Positions 8,575 through 18,328 of a stretch of 64,000 nucleotides of DNA are shown piece by piece. The DNA lies in contig OY781964.1 in the NCBI GenBank assembly GCA_963677485.1, positions 4,320,001-4,384,000 on the forward strand, written 5' to 3'. Position 1 is the first letter of the stretch, and each line of letters begins with the position of its first letter. A program made the position numbers and the translations under genes. The stretch comes from Armatimonadota bacterium. Lineage in GTDB: Bacteria; Armatimonadota; HRBIN16. The notes beneath the pieces are model-generated. The model was not told where the DNA came from. It saw only the letters and a list, made by a program, of their open reading frames with translations, and ran no database searches.

Positions 8575-10020
8575 CTAACCTGCTTGGGCGAATTCTGCTG
8601 CCTTTTCCAGCCGCGCTACAACACGCTCAATACCCAGAACCTCGATCATCTCAAACAGGCCGGGGCCTACGAGTCGGCCGCTGACAGCCAGGCGGGTGGT
8701 GTGAATCGCCTGACCTGCGCCCACACCCAGCTCCTCGGCGGCCGCGCGAACCTCGGCCTCAATGCTGGGCACGGTGAAGTCTGTGAGTGCCTGCAGTTTG
8801 GACGATATCAGCTTCAGTAGCGGTGCCGATTCGGGTTTCGATAACCACTTCTTGGTGCCTTTAGAGTCATATTCGCTGATCTCTTCAAAGAAGAATCTGG
8901 TCAGCTCCACAATCTCCGGCAGCAGCTTCAAACGCTCTGCTTCTAGTGCGATCACGCTTTGTGCATACGCCAGGTCACTCTCAGAGGGTTCAGCAGATAA
9001 AAGCCCGGCTGCCTGTAGATGCGGAACGCACAGTGCTGCCAATTCATGCAGCGGCTTCTTGCGGATGGCCAGGCCGTTATACCACAGCAGCTTCTGACCG
9101 TCGAAAATCGCGGCGTGATCCGTCACCTTATCGAGGTCGAACATCGACACGATCTCTTCTGTGCTGAACTCTTCACGGTCATCCCCCGGACTCCAGCCTA
9201 GCATGGTCAGGAAGTTGAACATCGCCTCTGGCAGGTAACCCTGGTCTATGTAGTCCACAAATTGCACGGAACCATGCCGCTTCGATAGCTTCTTGCGGTC
9301 GCTTCCCAGGATGATCGGTAGGTGAGCGAACACAGGGTGCTGCCATCCCATGCCTTCATAGAGCAGTACGTGCCGGGGAGTGCTGGATATCCACTCCTCG
9401 CCGCGGATGACATGGGTGATCTCCATATCATGGTCATCCACAATGCTCGCCAGATGATAGGTAGGATATCCATCGCTCTTGAGCATCACGAAGTCATCCA
9501 GAAGCCTGTTTTCAAAACTGACTTCCCCGCGGATGGCATCGGTGAAGCTGGTCACACCCTCGTCGGGCATGGCGAAGCGCACCACACAGGGAGCTCCGCT
9601 CTCCTCAAGCTTCGCCACCTCATCTGCACTGAGGTTGCGGCAGTGGCGGTCGTATCCTGAGGGGGTGCCTTCCGCCTCTTGCTTCTGGCGCATGGCATCG
9701 AGGCGCTCTGAGCTGCAGAAGCACTTGTAGGCATGGCCGCTGGCTATCAGCTGGTCGGCAGCCTGTGTATACAACGGCAGCCGCTCCGACTGGTAGAAGG
9801 GGCCTTCGTCCCAGTCCAAGCCCAGCCACTGGCAGGCGCGCATGATCTGCTCCACCGAACCCTCGACAAAGCGGTTACGGTCGGTGTCTTCGATACGCAG
9901 TAGAAACTGCCCGTTGTGGTGACGGGCATACAGCCAGGCAAACAGCGCAGTGCGGATGTTGCCAATGTGCGGTGATCCTGTGGGACTAGGTGCGAAGCGG
10001 GTGCGGACGGATTTATTCAT
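8575..10020 (-). CDS. gltX: Glutamate--tRNA ligase
   Basis: RTRFAPSPTGSPHIGN (HIGH motif), LRIEDTD, ITHVIRGEEW, KLSKR (KMSKS motif) and GPGLFE anticodon-binding domain. Confidence 0.97.
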   Translation of the reverse strand: MNKSVRTRFAPSPTGSPHIGNIRTALFAWLYARHHNGQFLLRIEDTDRNRFVEGSVEQIMRACQWLGLDWDEGPFYQSERLPLYTQAADQLIASGHAYKCFCSSERLDAMRQKQEAEGTPSGYDRHCRNLSADEVAKLEESGAPCVVRFAMPDEGVTSFTDAIRGEVSFENRLLDDFVMLKSDGYPTYHLASIVDDHDMEITHVIRGEEWISSTPRHVLLYEGMGWQHPVFAHLPIILGSDRKKLSKRHGSVQFVDYIDQGYLPEAMFNFLTMLGWSPGDDREEFSTEEIVSMFDLDKVTDHAAIFDGQKLLWYNGLAIRKKPLHELAALCVPHLQAAGLLSAEPSESDLAYAQSVIALEAERLKLLPEIVELTRFFFEEISEYDSKGTKKWLSKPESAPLLKLISSKLQALTDFTVPSIEAEVRAAAEELGVGAGQAIHTTRLAVSGRLVGPGLFEMIEVLGIERVVARLEKAAEFAQAG

Positions 10021-10080
10021 GAACAGGCGGCTCCTGGTTATTTCAGATGACGTTAGGGGATGGTATCCCCACAGTAGATG

Positions 10081-11388
10081 TTACCAAATCGTGAAGATGG
10101 CCATGGTACTGAGGGTGATCATAGTCAATATCAATATCAAGTCGGCACCACCTCGAACAGCCTTCGGGAAGATGCTGCGCCAGCCGAATGCGAAGATAAT
10201 AGCGAGAGGGCCAAGCGCACCAAACAGGTAGCGCCCTTGCGTTTGAAAATACTTCAAGGTGAAGCCAGCGAACCCCAATACTACAACCGCGATGAGGGCC
10301 CAGGCAGGCCACCACCATGTGGGTAGTGCCTGTGAGTTATCACTTTTGTTGGTGAACAGGCCGAATATGTAGCCGACAAAGGCGATAACGCACACGATCA
10401 GCAGCACATTGTAAACGCCATCTTGCCAGAAGGCCGGCATGCCTACCTTCATAGTGCTTGGCGTGCCATATGCGAACCAAAACGACTTGAAGGTCCAGTT
10501 CGCGACCAGCTTTATATAGCCTAGCATCCCACCGGTTTGCGACATGATCTGGTCAGCCAATGCGGTGGTTTTGAAGGTCTGCTCGAACGCTTTCAGTAAC
10601 AGCGGGTCATCGGGACGAGACCGGATGGTGCTAATCCAGTAAGGTGCGGCAAGGCAGAGCGAGATGACTGAGCTGATGAGTGCGGTGATCCACTTTTGGC
10701 GCCGGTCACGGCCGGGACTCAGGATGATGGCAAACATCACGAAGCCAAACGCAATGGCGAAGTTCATCTTCGTGAGAAGGCCGATTCCTAGCCAGAGACC
10801 TAGGCGTGTGATGGGCCAGGGGTTTAACTCTCGTTGGGCGTATATCTGAGCGGTCTCCATCACGCAGAGCGCGAACATTAGGTTGGCCAGAGGGTCATTA
10901 TTGATGGCACTGTTCAAAAACAGGTTCATGGGCAATAACCCGTAGAACGCGGTGGCAGCAAGAGCCATAGTCTGCGACCCATTGTAAAGCCATCGGCTGG
11001 TTTTGTATACAGCCAGCATGGCCAAAACTCCGAATAGCACGGAGAGAAGCCGGACCCAACGGGCTGGGGAATCGGTGAATGGGTTGACTGCTTTATACAA
11101 GTTGCCCGCCAGGATGTAGTAAGCCGGCGGCTGATGCGCTTCATACCCACCTACACCGCTGTAACCCTCGAACTTAGGAGTGGTGGAGTGCTCTGCCACA
11201 TAGCGCACATACTGCAGATGGGCTCCTTCGTCGGGCGTATGAAAAAGGCCATTTTGGCCCACAGGGGTGTGAAACGCCAGGCCGATCTGCATCAAGACGG
11301 CCAGCACACATAAAGCGGTCAGCCAGAAAGAGAACGAGGGCATCTCGGAAGATGCCCCCGCTGTTGTAGTCGTGCGTGCTTTACGCAT
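10081..11388 (-). CDS. GT-C superfamily membrane glycosyltransferase (ArnT/PMT-like)
   Basis: Many TM helices; motifs PDEGAH, YEAHQPPAYY, INNDPL, GLLTK and QGRYLF. Confidence 0.8.
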   Translation of the reverse strand: MRKARTTTTAGASSEMPSFSFWLTALCVLAVLMQIGLAFHTPVGQNGLFHTPDEGAHLQYVRYVAEHSTTPKFEGYSGVGGYEAHQPPAYYILAGNLYKAVNPFTDSPARWVRLLSVLFGVLAMLAVYKTSRWLYNGSQTMALAATAFYGLLPMNLFLNSAINNDPLANLMFALCVMETAQIYAQRELNPWPITRLGLWLGIGLLTKMNFAIAFGFVMFAIILSPGRDRRQKWITALISSVISLCLAAPYWISTIRSRPDDPLLLKAFEQTFKTTALADQIMSQTGGMLGYIKLVANWTFKSFWFAYGTPSTMKVGMPAFWQDGVYNVLLIVCVIAFVGYIFGLFTNKSDNSQALPTWWWPAWALIAVVVLGFAGFTLKYFQTQGRYLFGALGPLAIIFAFGWRSIFPKAVRGGADLILILTMITLSTMAIFTIW

Positions 11389-11401
11389 GAACCTTCTTCA
11401 A

Positions 11402-12985
11402 CTAGAGGCTGGCCACCTGCGCCAGTTCCAAGCCATCGAGCTGGCGGAACTCATGCAGGAGCGTCTCGTCGAGTGGGGTATCGATCATCAGAACCATCAA
11501 TGCCGTACCGCGAGGTACCTGACGTCCCAGGTTCATACCGGCGATGTTCACGCCTCTAGAGCCAAGCAGCGTGCCGATGCGTCCGATCACACCAGGTGTG
11601 TCGGTGTGCATGGTGAAGATCATGTGACCTTCGGGCACGATGTCGACCAGGAAGCCGTTCACGTCAAGAATGCGCGGCCCTTGAGGGGTCACGGCTCCCG
11701 TCACGCTGGTGGTTTTCCCGTCGATCTCGGCAGAGATGGTGATGGAGCTCTGGTAGCTGTTAATACGGCTCTGGCTTTCGATGGTCGTGTTGATCGCCAT
11801 GCCACGGTTCTTAGCGATCAGGAACGCATTGACCGGATTAACCGGGTGCGATAACTGAGGCCTTAAGATACCAGAGACGGCACTTCTCACCACCAGGTCT
11901 ACGGGCTGTCCTGCGAAGTCGCTTGTAAACTTGACGTCTACTTTTGTCACAGCGCCTGTATTGAGCTGGGTCATCAGCTTACCCATCTGCTCTGCAAGGT
12001 AGATAGCAGGCCCGAGTTTCTTCAGCTCTTCAGAATCGACTGGCGGCAGGTTCACCGCACTGCGTGCGGCGCCACCCTGAAGCACTTCAGCGATCTGCTC
12101 GGCGACATCAATGGCCACATTCACTTGTGCTTCCACAGTGGAGGCGCCAAGGTGAGGGGTAAGGATGCAGTTTTGAGCTTTGAGCAGAGGGTTGTCCGCC
12201 TTGATGGGCTCACTGGAGTAGACGTCAACGGCAGCCGCTTTAATTCGGCCTTCGTTGAGGGCATCTGCCAGGTCCTGCTCATTGATGACTCCACCACGTG
12301 CGCAGTTGATCAGGTGTGCAGAGGGCTTCATTAATGCAAGCTTCTTTGCATCGATCATGTTGCGGGTGCTGTCGTTCAATGGAGTGTGGATGCTCACAAA
12401 GTCAGAAACCTTGAGCAGTTCATCCAACTCGGTGAGGATGATGCTGTATTGTTCGGCAACATCGGCAGGGGTGTATGGGTCGTAGGCCAGAACAGTCATG
12501 CCGAAGGCACGCGCACGGCGGGCAAGTTCGGTTCCGATCTTGCCAAGACCGATGACGCCCAGCGTCTTTCGGTTAAGTTCCGTGCCTACTAGCTTACTGC
12601 GCTTCCACTCTCCGGCTGAGGTGGACATATGGGCTTGGGGAATATTGCGGGCGGAAGCCATCATCAAAGCGAACGCGAGTTCGCATGCTGCAATGGTGTT
12701 ACCGCTGGGAGAGTTTACGACGATGATACCGCGCTTGGTAGCTACGGGGACATCGATATTGTCTACACCCACTCCGGCGCGGCCGATAATCTTCATGTTG
12801 GTAGCTGCTTCAAGAATATCAGCAGTCACCTGGGTTTGAGATCGGACTATCAACGCGTCGAAATCAGGGATTATTTTCTTGAGTTCTTCAGGGGCTAAGC
12901 CTGTGCGGACGTGTACTTCACCTGCTGGGCGAAGGGCATCAATACCGGCTTCAGCAATTGGGTCAGCGACCAAAATGCGTGCCAT
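11402..12985 (-). CDS. serA: D-3-phosphoglycerate dehydrogenase
   Basis: GRAGVGVDNID, GLGKIG, INCARGG and TPHLGASTVEAQ; C-terminal ASB and ACT domains (DTPGVIGRIG). Confidence 0.96.
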   Translation of the reverse strand: MARILVADPIAEAGIDALRPAGEVHVRTGLAPEELKKIIPDFDALIVRSQTQVTADILEAATNMKIIGRAGVGVDNIDVPVATKRGIIVVNSPSGNTIAACELAFALMMASARNIPQAHMSTSAGEWKRSKLVGTELNRKTLGVIGLGKIGTELARRARAFGMTVLAYDPYTPADVAEQYSIILTELDELLKVSDFVSIHTPLNDSTRNMIDAKKLALMKPSAHLINCARGGVINEQDLADALNEGRIKAAAVDVYSSEPIKADNPLLKAQNCILTPHLGASTVEAQVNVAIDVAEQIAEVLQGGAARSAVNLPPVDSEELKKLGPAIYLAEQMGKLMTQLNTGAVTKVDVKFTSDFAGQPVDLVVRSAVSGILRPQLSHPVNPVNAFLIAKNRGMAINTTIESQSRINSYQSSITISAEIDGKTTSVTGAVTPQGPRILDVNGFLVDIVPEGHMIFTMHTDTPGVIGRIGTLLGSRGVNIAGMNLGRQVPRGTALMVLMIDTPLDETLLHEFRQLDGLELAQVASL

Positions 12986-13118
12986 GGAAACCTCCTAGGG
13001 CGATTGTGCTGCTATGCACTTAAGAGCGGAATAGGGGAAAAACCCGCATTCTGCCAGCATGTTAATTGTGACACAGAAAGAGCAAAACGGCCAAGTGCGG
13101 CACCGCCTGCTGAAGGAT

Positions 13119-13191
13119 ATCTCACGCGGAGACGCGGAGGGCGCGGAGAGGAGCTGGTCATCTCACGCGAAGCCGCGAAGATCGCGAAGGG
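13119..13191. repeat. Two-unit short intergenic repeat with CGCG(G/A)AG periodicity
   Basis: ATCTCACGCGGAGACGCGGAGGGCGCGGAGAG (13119-13150) and ATCTCACGCGAAGCCGCGAAGATCGCGAAGGG (13160-13191). Confidence 0.7.
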
Positions 13192-13253
13192 GAAGGCGAA
13201 TGACCGGCGCGGTCTGGCAGATGGTCTGGAGACTGCGCTTTATAGCCGCAGTG

Positions 13254-14594
13254 TCATCCACCATCACTGTGTGCAAGAACACCATGAGCGGAGATATTCC
13301 GCATGGAATTCCTTGCATCGATGAATACGCCATTGTAAAAACCCCAATCCAACTGCTTATACTCGGACCAGTCGGTGGCTATCACCACTGCGTCTGTGTT
13401 GAGCGCACATTGTGTGGGGGAGGAGCACAACATAACATCAAGATGCGGGTAGGCATGACGGAAATTCTGTATGCCTTTAGGGTCATGTGCCTTCACATAA
13501 GCACCACGTTCCAGAAGAAGTTCAACCAGCTCCACAGCCGGTGATTCGCGAACATCGTCTGTACCTGGCTTAAAGGTGAGACCCATCACACCGATGGTAC
13601 GGCCACGCAGACCTTTCAGAGCTATCTGAAGCTTCTCCACAATGACCATGCGCATTCTCTTGTTGACTTCAACCGCAGCTTGGATGAGTGGCATGCTGAG
13701 GTCATGTTCTTGTGCCATGGCCAGCATCGCTTTAGTATCTTTCGGGAAGCAGCTTCCACCCCATCCAATTCCGGCATTCAAGAAAGCGGGGCCGATCCTG
13801 GTATCCAGCCCCATTCCGCGGGCCACCTCGGTGACGTCTGCCCCCAGCTTCTCGCAAAGCTGTGCAATTTCATTGATGTAGCTGATTTTGGTCGCCAGGA
13901 AGCAGTTGCTTGCATACTTGATCATTTCGGCACTGGTAGCCGATGTCATTATCAACGGGGGATGCATGTAGTTCTGTGATCTCGGTAAAACTAAAGGCGG
14001 TTCGAAACTCTGCTCCAGTATCGGTCTGTATAAACCATAAAGCATGTCGGAATCGCTCTGGGTTTCGCACCCAATCACCACACGGTCAGGGTAAAGCATG
14101 TCTGACAGTGCACTTCCTTCGCGCAGGAACTCGGGGTTACTGGCGGTATGCACATCGCGTGTCAGACCACGTTTCTCCAGCTCACGAGAAATGATGGTGC
14201 GTACACGGCGATGAGTGCCTATCGGAACCGTCGACTTTACAACGACAGTCTGTCTTTTTGTGGGCGAGAGATGGGTGGCCAGTTCAGCGGTGCAGTTTTC
14301 TACATATGAGTTGTCAGCATGGCCGTTTTCCATAGTTGGTGTACCAACGGCGATCATCACGATATCAGCCTCGGAAACAAGCTCCATATTGTTGCAAACA
14401 ACTAAACGCTGTTGAACAGCCGGCATTTGCAGCAGCTCTTGCAACCCATGTTCATGGATGGGACTTTGCCAGCATCGCAGCATCGCCAATTTGTTGTCGT
14501 CTTTTTCAATGAGCACAACATCGTGACCAACAAAGGCAAATGCGACTGCACAATTGAGCCCCACATAACCGGCACCGATGATCAAAACCTTCAA
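13254..14594 (-). CDS. ugd: UDP-glucose/GDP-mannose family 6-dehydrogenase
   Basis: GAGYVG, IAVGTP, KSTVP, NPEFLREG, KYASN, catalytic GGSCFPKD and GLTFKPGTDDVRESP. Confidence 0.93.
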   Translation of the reverse strand: MKVLIIGAGYVGLNCAVAFAFVGHDVVLIEKDDNKLAMLRCWQSPIHEHGLQELLQMPAVQQRLVVCNNMELVSEADIVMIAVGTPTMENGHADNSYVENCTAELATHLSPTKRQTVVVKSTVPIGTHRRVRTIISRELEKRGLTRDVHTASNPEFLREGSALSDMLYPDRVVIGCETQSDSDMLYGLYRPILEQSFEPPLVLPRSQNYMHPPLIMTSATSAEMIKYASNCFLATKISYINEIAQLCEKLGADVTEVARGMGLDTRIGPAFLNAGIGWGGSCFPKDTKAMLAMAQEHDLSMPLIQAAVEVNKRMRMVIVEKLQIALKGLRGRTIGVMGLTFKPGTDDVRESPAVELVELLLERGAYVKAHDPKGIQNFRHAYPHLDVMLCSSPTQCALNTDAVVIATDWSEYKQLDWGFYNGVFIDARNSMRNISAHGVLAHSDGG

Positions 14595-14826
14595 ATCGCC
14601 ACTCTCTGCTTCTTGTTGTGCTTGAATAGAACGCTCTGTATGGCTAGCCTATACGAACAGGCATGACCCCATTACGTAGATTTTACCATATGGCTCTGAG
14701 CATACTATGACCTCTTGATGTGCGGTGGCTGGCCCCTCATGTAACAGTGTCGAAGCCTTAAGCGTCAAACCATATCGGATAAGCAGTGCATGTAGAATGT
14801 AACTGTATGGTCGCCATGGCACTTTC

Positions 14827-17550
14827 ATGTGCCGAAATTCCGTGAGGTATAATCGCTTGACAAGACGAAACAGCGTGATTCAACTCGCCTCTTTACTGCT
14901 GGCCGGTATGGCGTTAACAGGGGGTGTGCAAGCACAGGGTAACCGGGTTAACACACCATTCAAGACAGTTACAGATAGCCTTCAATCGGCATATGTCGTA
15001 CAAACTACACGCTCAGCGGTAGATATGACGCCCATCAAAAACTACCAACGCAGCATGGCCAGGGCCGTTGCACCGACTGTCGCCCGGTTGCGTGCGAAAA
15101 GTGTGCTGCCTGGCGCCATGCCATTTGCGGTAGACACGCTGGTAGCCCAGTTGTCCTCTGGCAAGCTGGTAAGGACGGCAGCTACTAGAAGCACCGCACT
15201 GAGCTTCGTGGTACCAACCACGGGTACCGGTGCATGGACCACGGAGCAAGCCGCCTTCATCAAGTCGGTTGCTGATCAAGCTGTGATCGAGCTTACCTCG
15301 ATATGTGGTGCTCCATTGAATGGGGGGACTATCACCATTCTGAATGATGATGCTAACATATCGGACCGTAACGCCGTTGCGGGTGGGATATATAACGTCT
15401 CGACTAACCAGTTTTTGTTCCCTGTTTATAACAGCGAAGTCTCCGTGATCGCCAACATGACGCACCTCGTGGCACATGCCATGCGCGGAGCGGACATCCT
15501 GGCGTATGATTCATGGGAAGAAGGGATTGCGCGGGCAACAAGCCAGATTGCGGCACCCCGAGTGGCTCAAGCATTGGGACGCGCGACCAGTGTGGTTGAC
15601 GCGCTGCGCCGAGAAAGCAATTACCACGCATTGCCGTTCTACGACCTGATGAATCAGCCTGCACTGGCCAACAACAGCTTCATACCGAAATCACAGCTCA
15701 CAACACCCATCGAGTCTGGATCCATCGGTGGCATCTGGCTGCCCAGGTATATGATGGCAGGATCGGCTTGGATGAAGGTGTATATCGACGACCCACTGTT
15801 TTTCAAGAACTTCATGCAGGCATATAAGACGGCAGGCGGTGCAGCCATCGCAGGCGATGTGCCGAAACTGCGCCAGGTGTTGAAGCAGGTCATGACAACC
15901 GTAGAAGGCGATCCGGTGGACACCTGGTTTAGCAAACAGTATGTGCTGGATAACAGCATCCGGGTTGGTCGTAAGCTTTATGCTTACAATGTGCCGATAC
16001 GGACTGCCTCAGGAACCGATAGCTCCATATTCATCGATCTGATGTATGTCGATACCGCAACCGATGGCGATGAAACGCCGGTAAGCGGCTTCAGTTATCC
16101 TCAGTATTTCGACTTTGAAGAGGTGAACATCTATCCTGGTGCTCAGTATGAGTCGGTTGAGGTGTATCAGGGCGAGGGGGCCTTTAGCCCAAGCTTTCAA
16201 AACGACTTCCTGGGCGGTGCCCAGCGGGTAAGGATGAGCTTACCTGTGGGCATGGAGAGTGTGGAACTGCCCTACGCATTCGGCCAGCCCGGCAGTTTGA
16301 GCTCTCCGAATACGCTCTATGGTGTGGTGGATGGATTGACCACCGGCACCATCGAGGTGAGCAGCGCGGTAGGCACCATCAGCGGAGCTGTCGTAAGGGG
16401 CAGTTTTGGTTTGGTCTTGCCCACCGGAAGTTTTGACACCCCACGCACCTACCAGATCACAATCAAAAACGGTAGTGGAACCACGGTCGGCACCAGGCAG
16501 GTGAACCTTGGTTATACCGAAGGCGTAGTCTATATCAACCTCAACTCGGCGGAAATTACGGTCAACAAGCCATACAATGCCGGACTAAGCATGTTCAGCA
16601 TACCGATGAGTTTCATGCAGGCAGATAACGCCAGGGTGCTTGGTGTGCCGGCGCTTGGGCTCAAACTGGCCAGGTGGATACAGCCGAATAAGGCCTACTC
16701 GCTCTATCCTGCGATCGACAGCTTTGCTCCAGGCAGGGCGTTTTGGATGAAGCCCGATACGAATTTCACGGCTATCCTGACTGGCACCAGCACCCCGATG
16801 GACCGCGATGCGATCTTCCCGGCTGTGTTTGGCTGGAACATGGTGGGGCTGCCAGTGGATCGTACGGTGGCCCTCAGCGAGCTGCTGGTGCAGGTGAAGG
16901 ATCAAACGCCGGTAAGCTTCGCTACCGCAGTGACACAGGGCGTCGTTGGCAACAGCTTCTTGAAATATAACAGCGGTTATGAACCCATCCTATCCACTGG
17001 CAGCCTATCACCTTGGGAAGGATACTGGATACGAGTCAGGCAGTCCGAAGGGGTGACTTTCATCGTTCCGCCATCATCTGTTGCAGCGGCTTCGGTATCA
17101 AGCCGCACGATGGCTCCGTATGCAGCCGCTGCAGATGGCTGGCGGACAGCTATTCAAGTCAATGCTGGTAATGCACAGACAAAAGTGTGGATCGGGCAAT
17201 CAAAACTGGCTACGACCGGTTTCGATCTTGCCTATGATGCGGAGAGCGGTCCGGCTGATCCTTCGGGCTTGAACGCACAGATCACAGCAAATCAACCGCT
17301 GCTGCAGGACATTCAGCCAGTCGTCAATAGGTCGGTATGGCGGGTGCAGGTATCGGGTGCTACACCTCGCGGTGTGATCACGTTAAGCCTGTCCGATCTG
17401 GCGTCTGTGAAAAGACTAGGGCGGATTGTGGTGACCGACCAAACCACACTCATCAGCCAGATGCTGACTGGTGGCTGGCCTATCAAAATCAAAACCGACG
17501 CAAATGGGCGTGCCTATATGATCGTGCAATATCAAAGGATGGTCTTTTAG
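14827..17550 (+). CDS. Large secreted hypothetical protein (zincin-like N-terminal part, beta-rich C-terminal part)
   Basis: 907-aa ORF with signal peptide (LLLAGMALTGGVQA); HLVAH...WEEG motif; C-terminal GWNMVGLP and PWEGYWIRV motifs. Confidence 0.75.
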   Translation: MCRNSVRYNRLTRRNSVIQLASLLLAGMALTGGVQAQGNRVNTPFKTVTDSLQSAYVVQTTRSAVDMTPIKNYQRSMARAVAPTVARLRAKSVLPGAMPFAVDTLVAQLSSGKLVRTAATRSTALSFVVPTTGTGAWTTEQAAFIKSVADQAVIELTSICGAPLNGGTITILNDDANISDRNAVAGGIYNVSTNQFLFPVYNSEVSVIANMTHLVAHAMRGADILAYDSWEEGIARATSQIAAPRVAQALGRATSVVDALRRESNYHALPFYDLMNQPALANNSFIPKSQLTTPIESGSIGGIWLPRYMMAGSAWMKVYIDDPLFFKNFMQAYKTAGGAAIAGDVPKLRQVLKQVMTTVEGDPVDTWFSKQYVLDNSIRVGRKLYAYNVPIRTASGTDSSIFIDLMYVDTATDGDETPVSGFSYPQYFDFEEVNIYPGAQYESVEVYQGEGAFSPSFQNDFLGGAQRVRMSLPVGMESVELPYAFGQPGSLSSPNTLYGVVDGLTTGTIEVSSAVGTISGAVVRGSFGLVLPTGSFDTPRTYQITIKNGSGTTVGTRQVNLGYTEGVVYINLNSAEITVNKPYNAGLSMFSIPMSFMQADNARVLGVPALGLKLARWIQPNKAYSLYPAIDSFAPGRAFWMKPDTNFTAILTGTSTPMDRDAIFPAVFGWNMVGLPVDRTVALSELLVQVKDQTPVSFATAVTQGVVGNSFLKYNSGYEPILSTGSLSPWEGYWIRVRQSEGVTFIVPPSSVAAASVSSRTMAPYAAAADGWRTAIQVNAGNAQTKVWIGQSKLATTGFDLAYDAESGPADPSGLNAQITANQPLLQDIQPVVNRSVWRVQVSGATPRGVITLSLSDLASVKRLGRIVVTDQTTLISQMLTGGWPIKIKTDANGRAYMIVQYQRMVF

Positions 17551-18227
17551 TGAACCAGTCTAAATACACTCAGTTTCTTGGCCTTGGTGTCTTGCTGTGC
17601 GGCTTATTGCTGACGGGCTGCGGCGGCGGGGGAGGTGGCGGCGATACACCTGACCCTGCGAAAACCGTGACGGTGACCGGCTTGGCTAGTCAAGAAAGCG
17701 ATGCTCTGGCCGATGCGGGCACCGTGGTGAAGGTGGGCGATGTGACGTCCGTGGTCTTCAGTCCACCAAAGGCGCTGGGCACTGGAGAGCTGTATAACTT
17801 CCAGATCACCGTGCCACTGACTTCCAGCAAGGGCAGCTTTACCCAGGGTTCTACTGTGAGCGAATTCCCGCTGACGGCGACACCTGGAGTGTCGCTGACT
17901 GCCGGAACCCTTGATCTTGGCACTGTATATGTAGGCACGAATTCCGGGATATGTCAGGTCACAGGACGGGTAGTCAATACGAAGTCGGAGATGGTACCGT
18001 CTGCCATCGTGAAGATCGGTAAGTTCACTACCACGACGACAGCTGACGGCACTTTCAGCTTCGCCCAGGCCCCTGCCTGGTTTACCACTGTGACCATATC
18101 GGCATCAGGGTATGATACCCGCACGATCGTGCTTGATAATCCTCTGACAAAGAGTATCAGCAACAGTCTTGGCGATTTACGCTTCCAAGATGACATCACC
18201 GATGATCCGCCGCCGCCGCCATTCTGA
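17550..18227 (+). CDS. Lipoprotein with carboxypeptidase-regulatory-like domain
   Basis: GTG start at 17550 overlaps the upstream stop. Lipobox LTGC followed by poly-Gly; VTGRVVN...TTTTADGTFSF...TISASGY; ends DPPPPPF. Confidence 0.8.
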   Translation: MNQSKYTQFLGLGVLLCGLLLTGCGGGGGGGDTPDPAKTVTVTGLASQESDALADAGTVVKVGDVTSVVFSPPKALGTGELYNFQITVPLTSSKGSFTQGSTVSEFPLTATPGVSLTAGTLDLGTVYVGTNSGICQVTGRVVNTKSEMVPSAIVKIGKFTTTTTADGTFSFAQAPAWFTTVTISASGYDTRTIVLDNPLTKSISNSLGDLRFQDDITDDPPPPPF

Positions 18228-18328
18228 GGCCAAATTCATGATCGGCACCTCGAGCAACGAATGTCTGTTCGAGGGCCGTATCATATGGTATGCTTGATAG
18301 TACCATTGCCATTGCTGATGGAGAAGAT

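Noticed and set aside
13119-13191. Possible mini-CRISPR
   Set aside because: Only two non-identical units with a 9-nt gap, and no cas genes.
13254-13330. Possible C-terminal truncation of ugd
   Set aside because: Length (446 aa) and the FIDARN motif near the end match full-length family members; only the tail is divergent.
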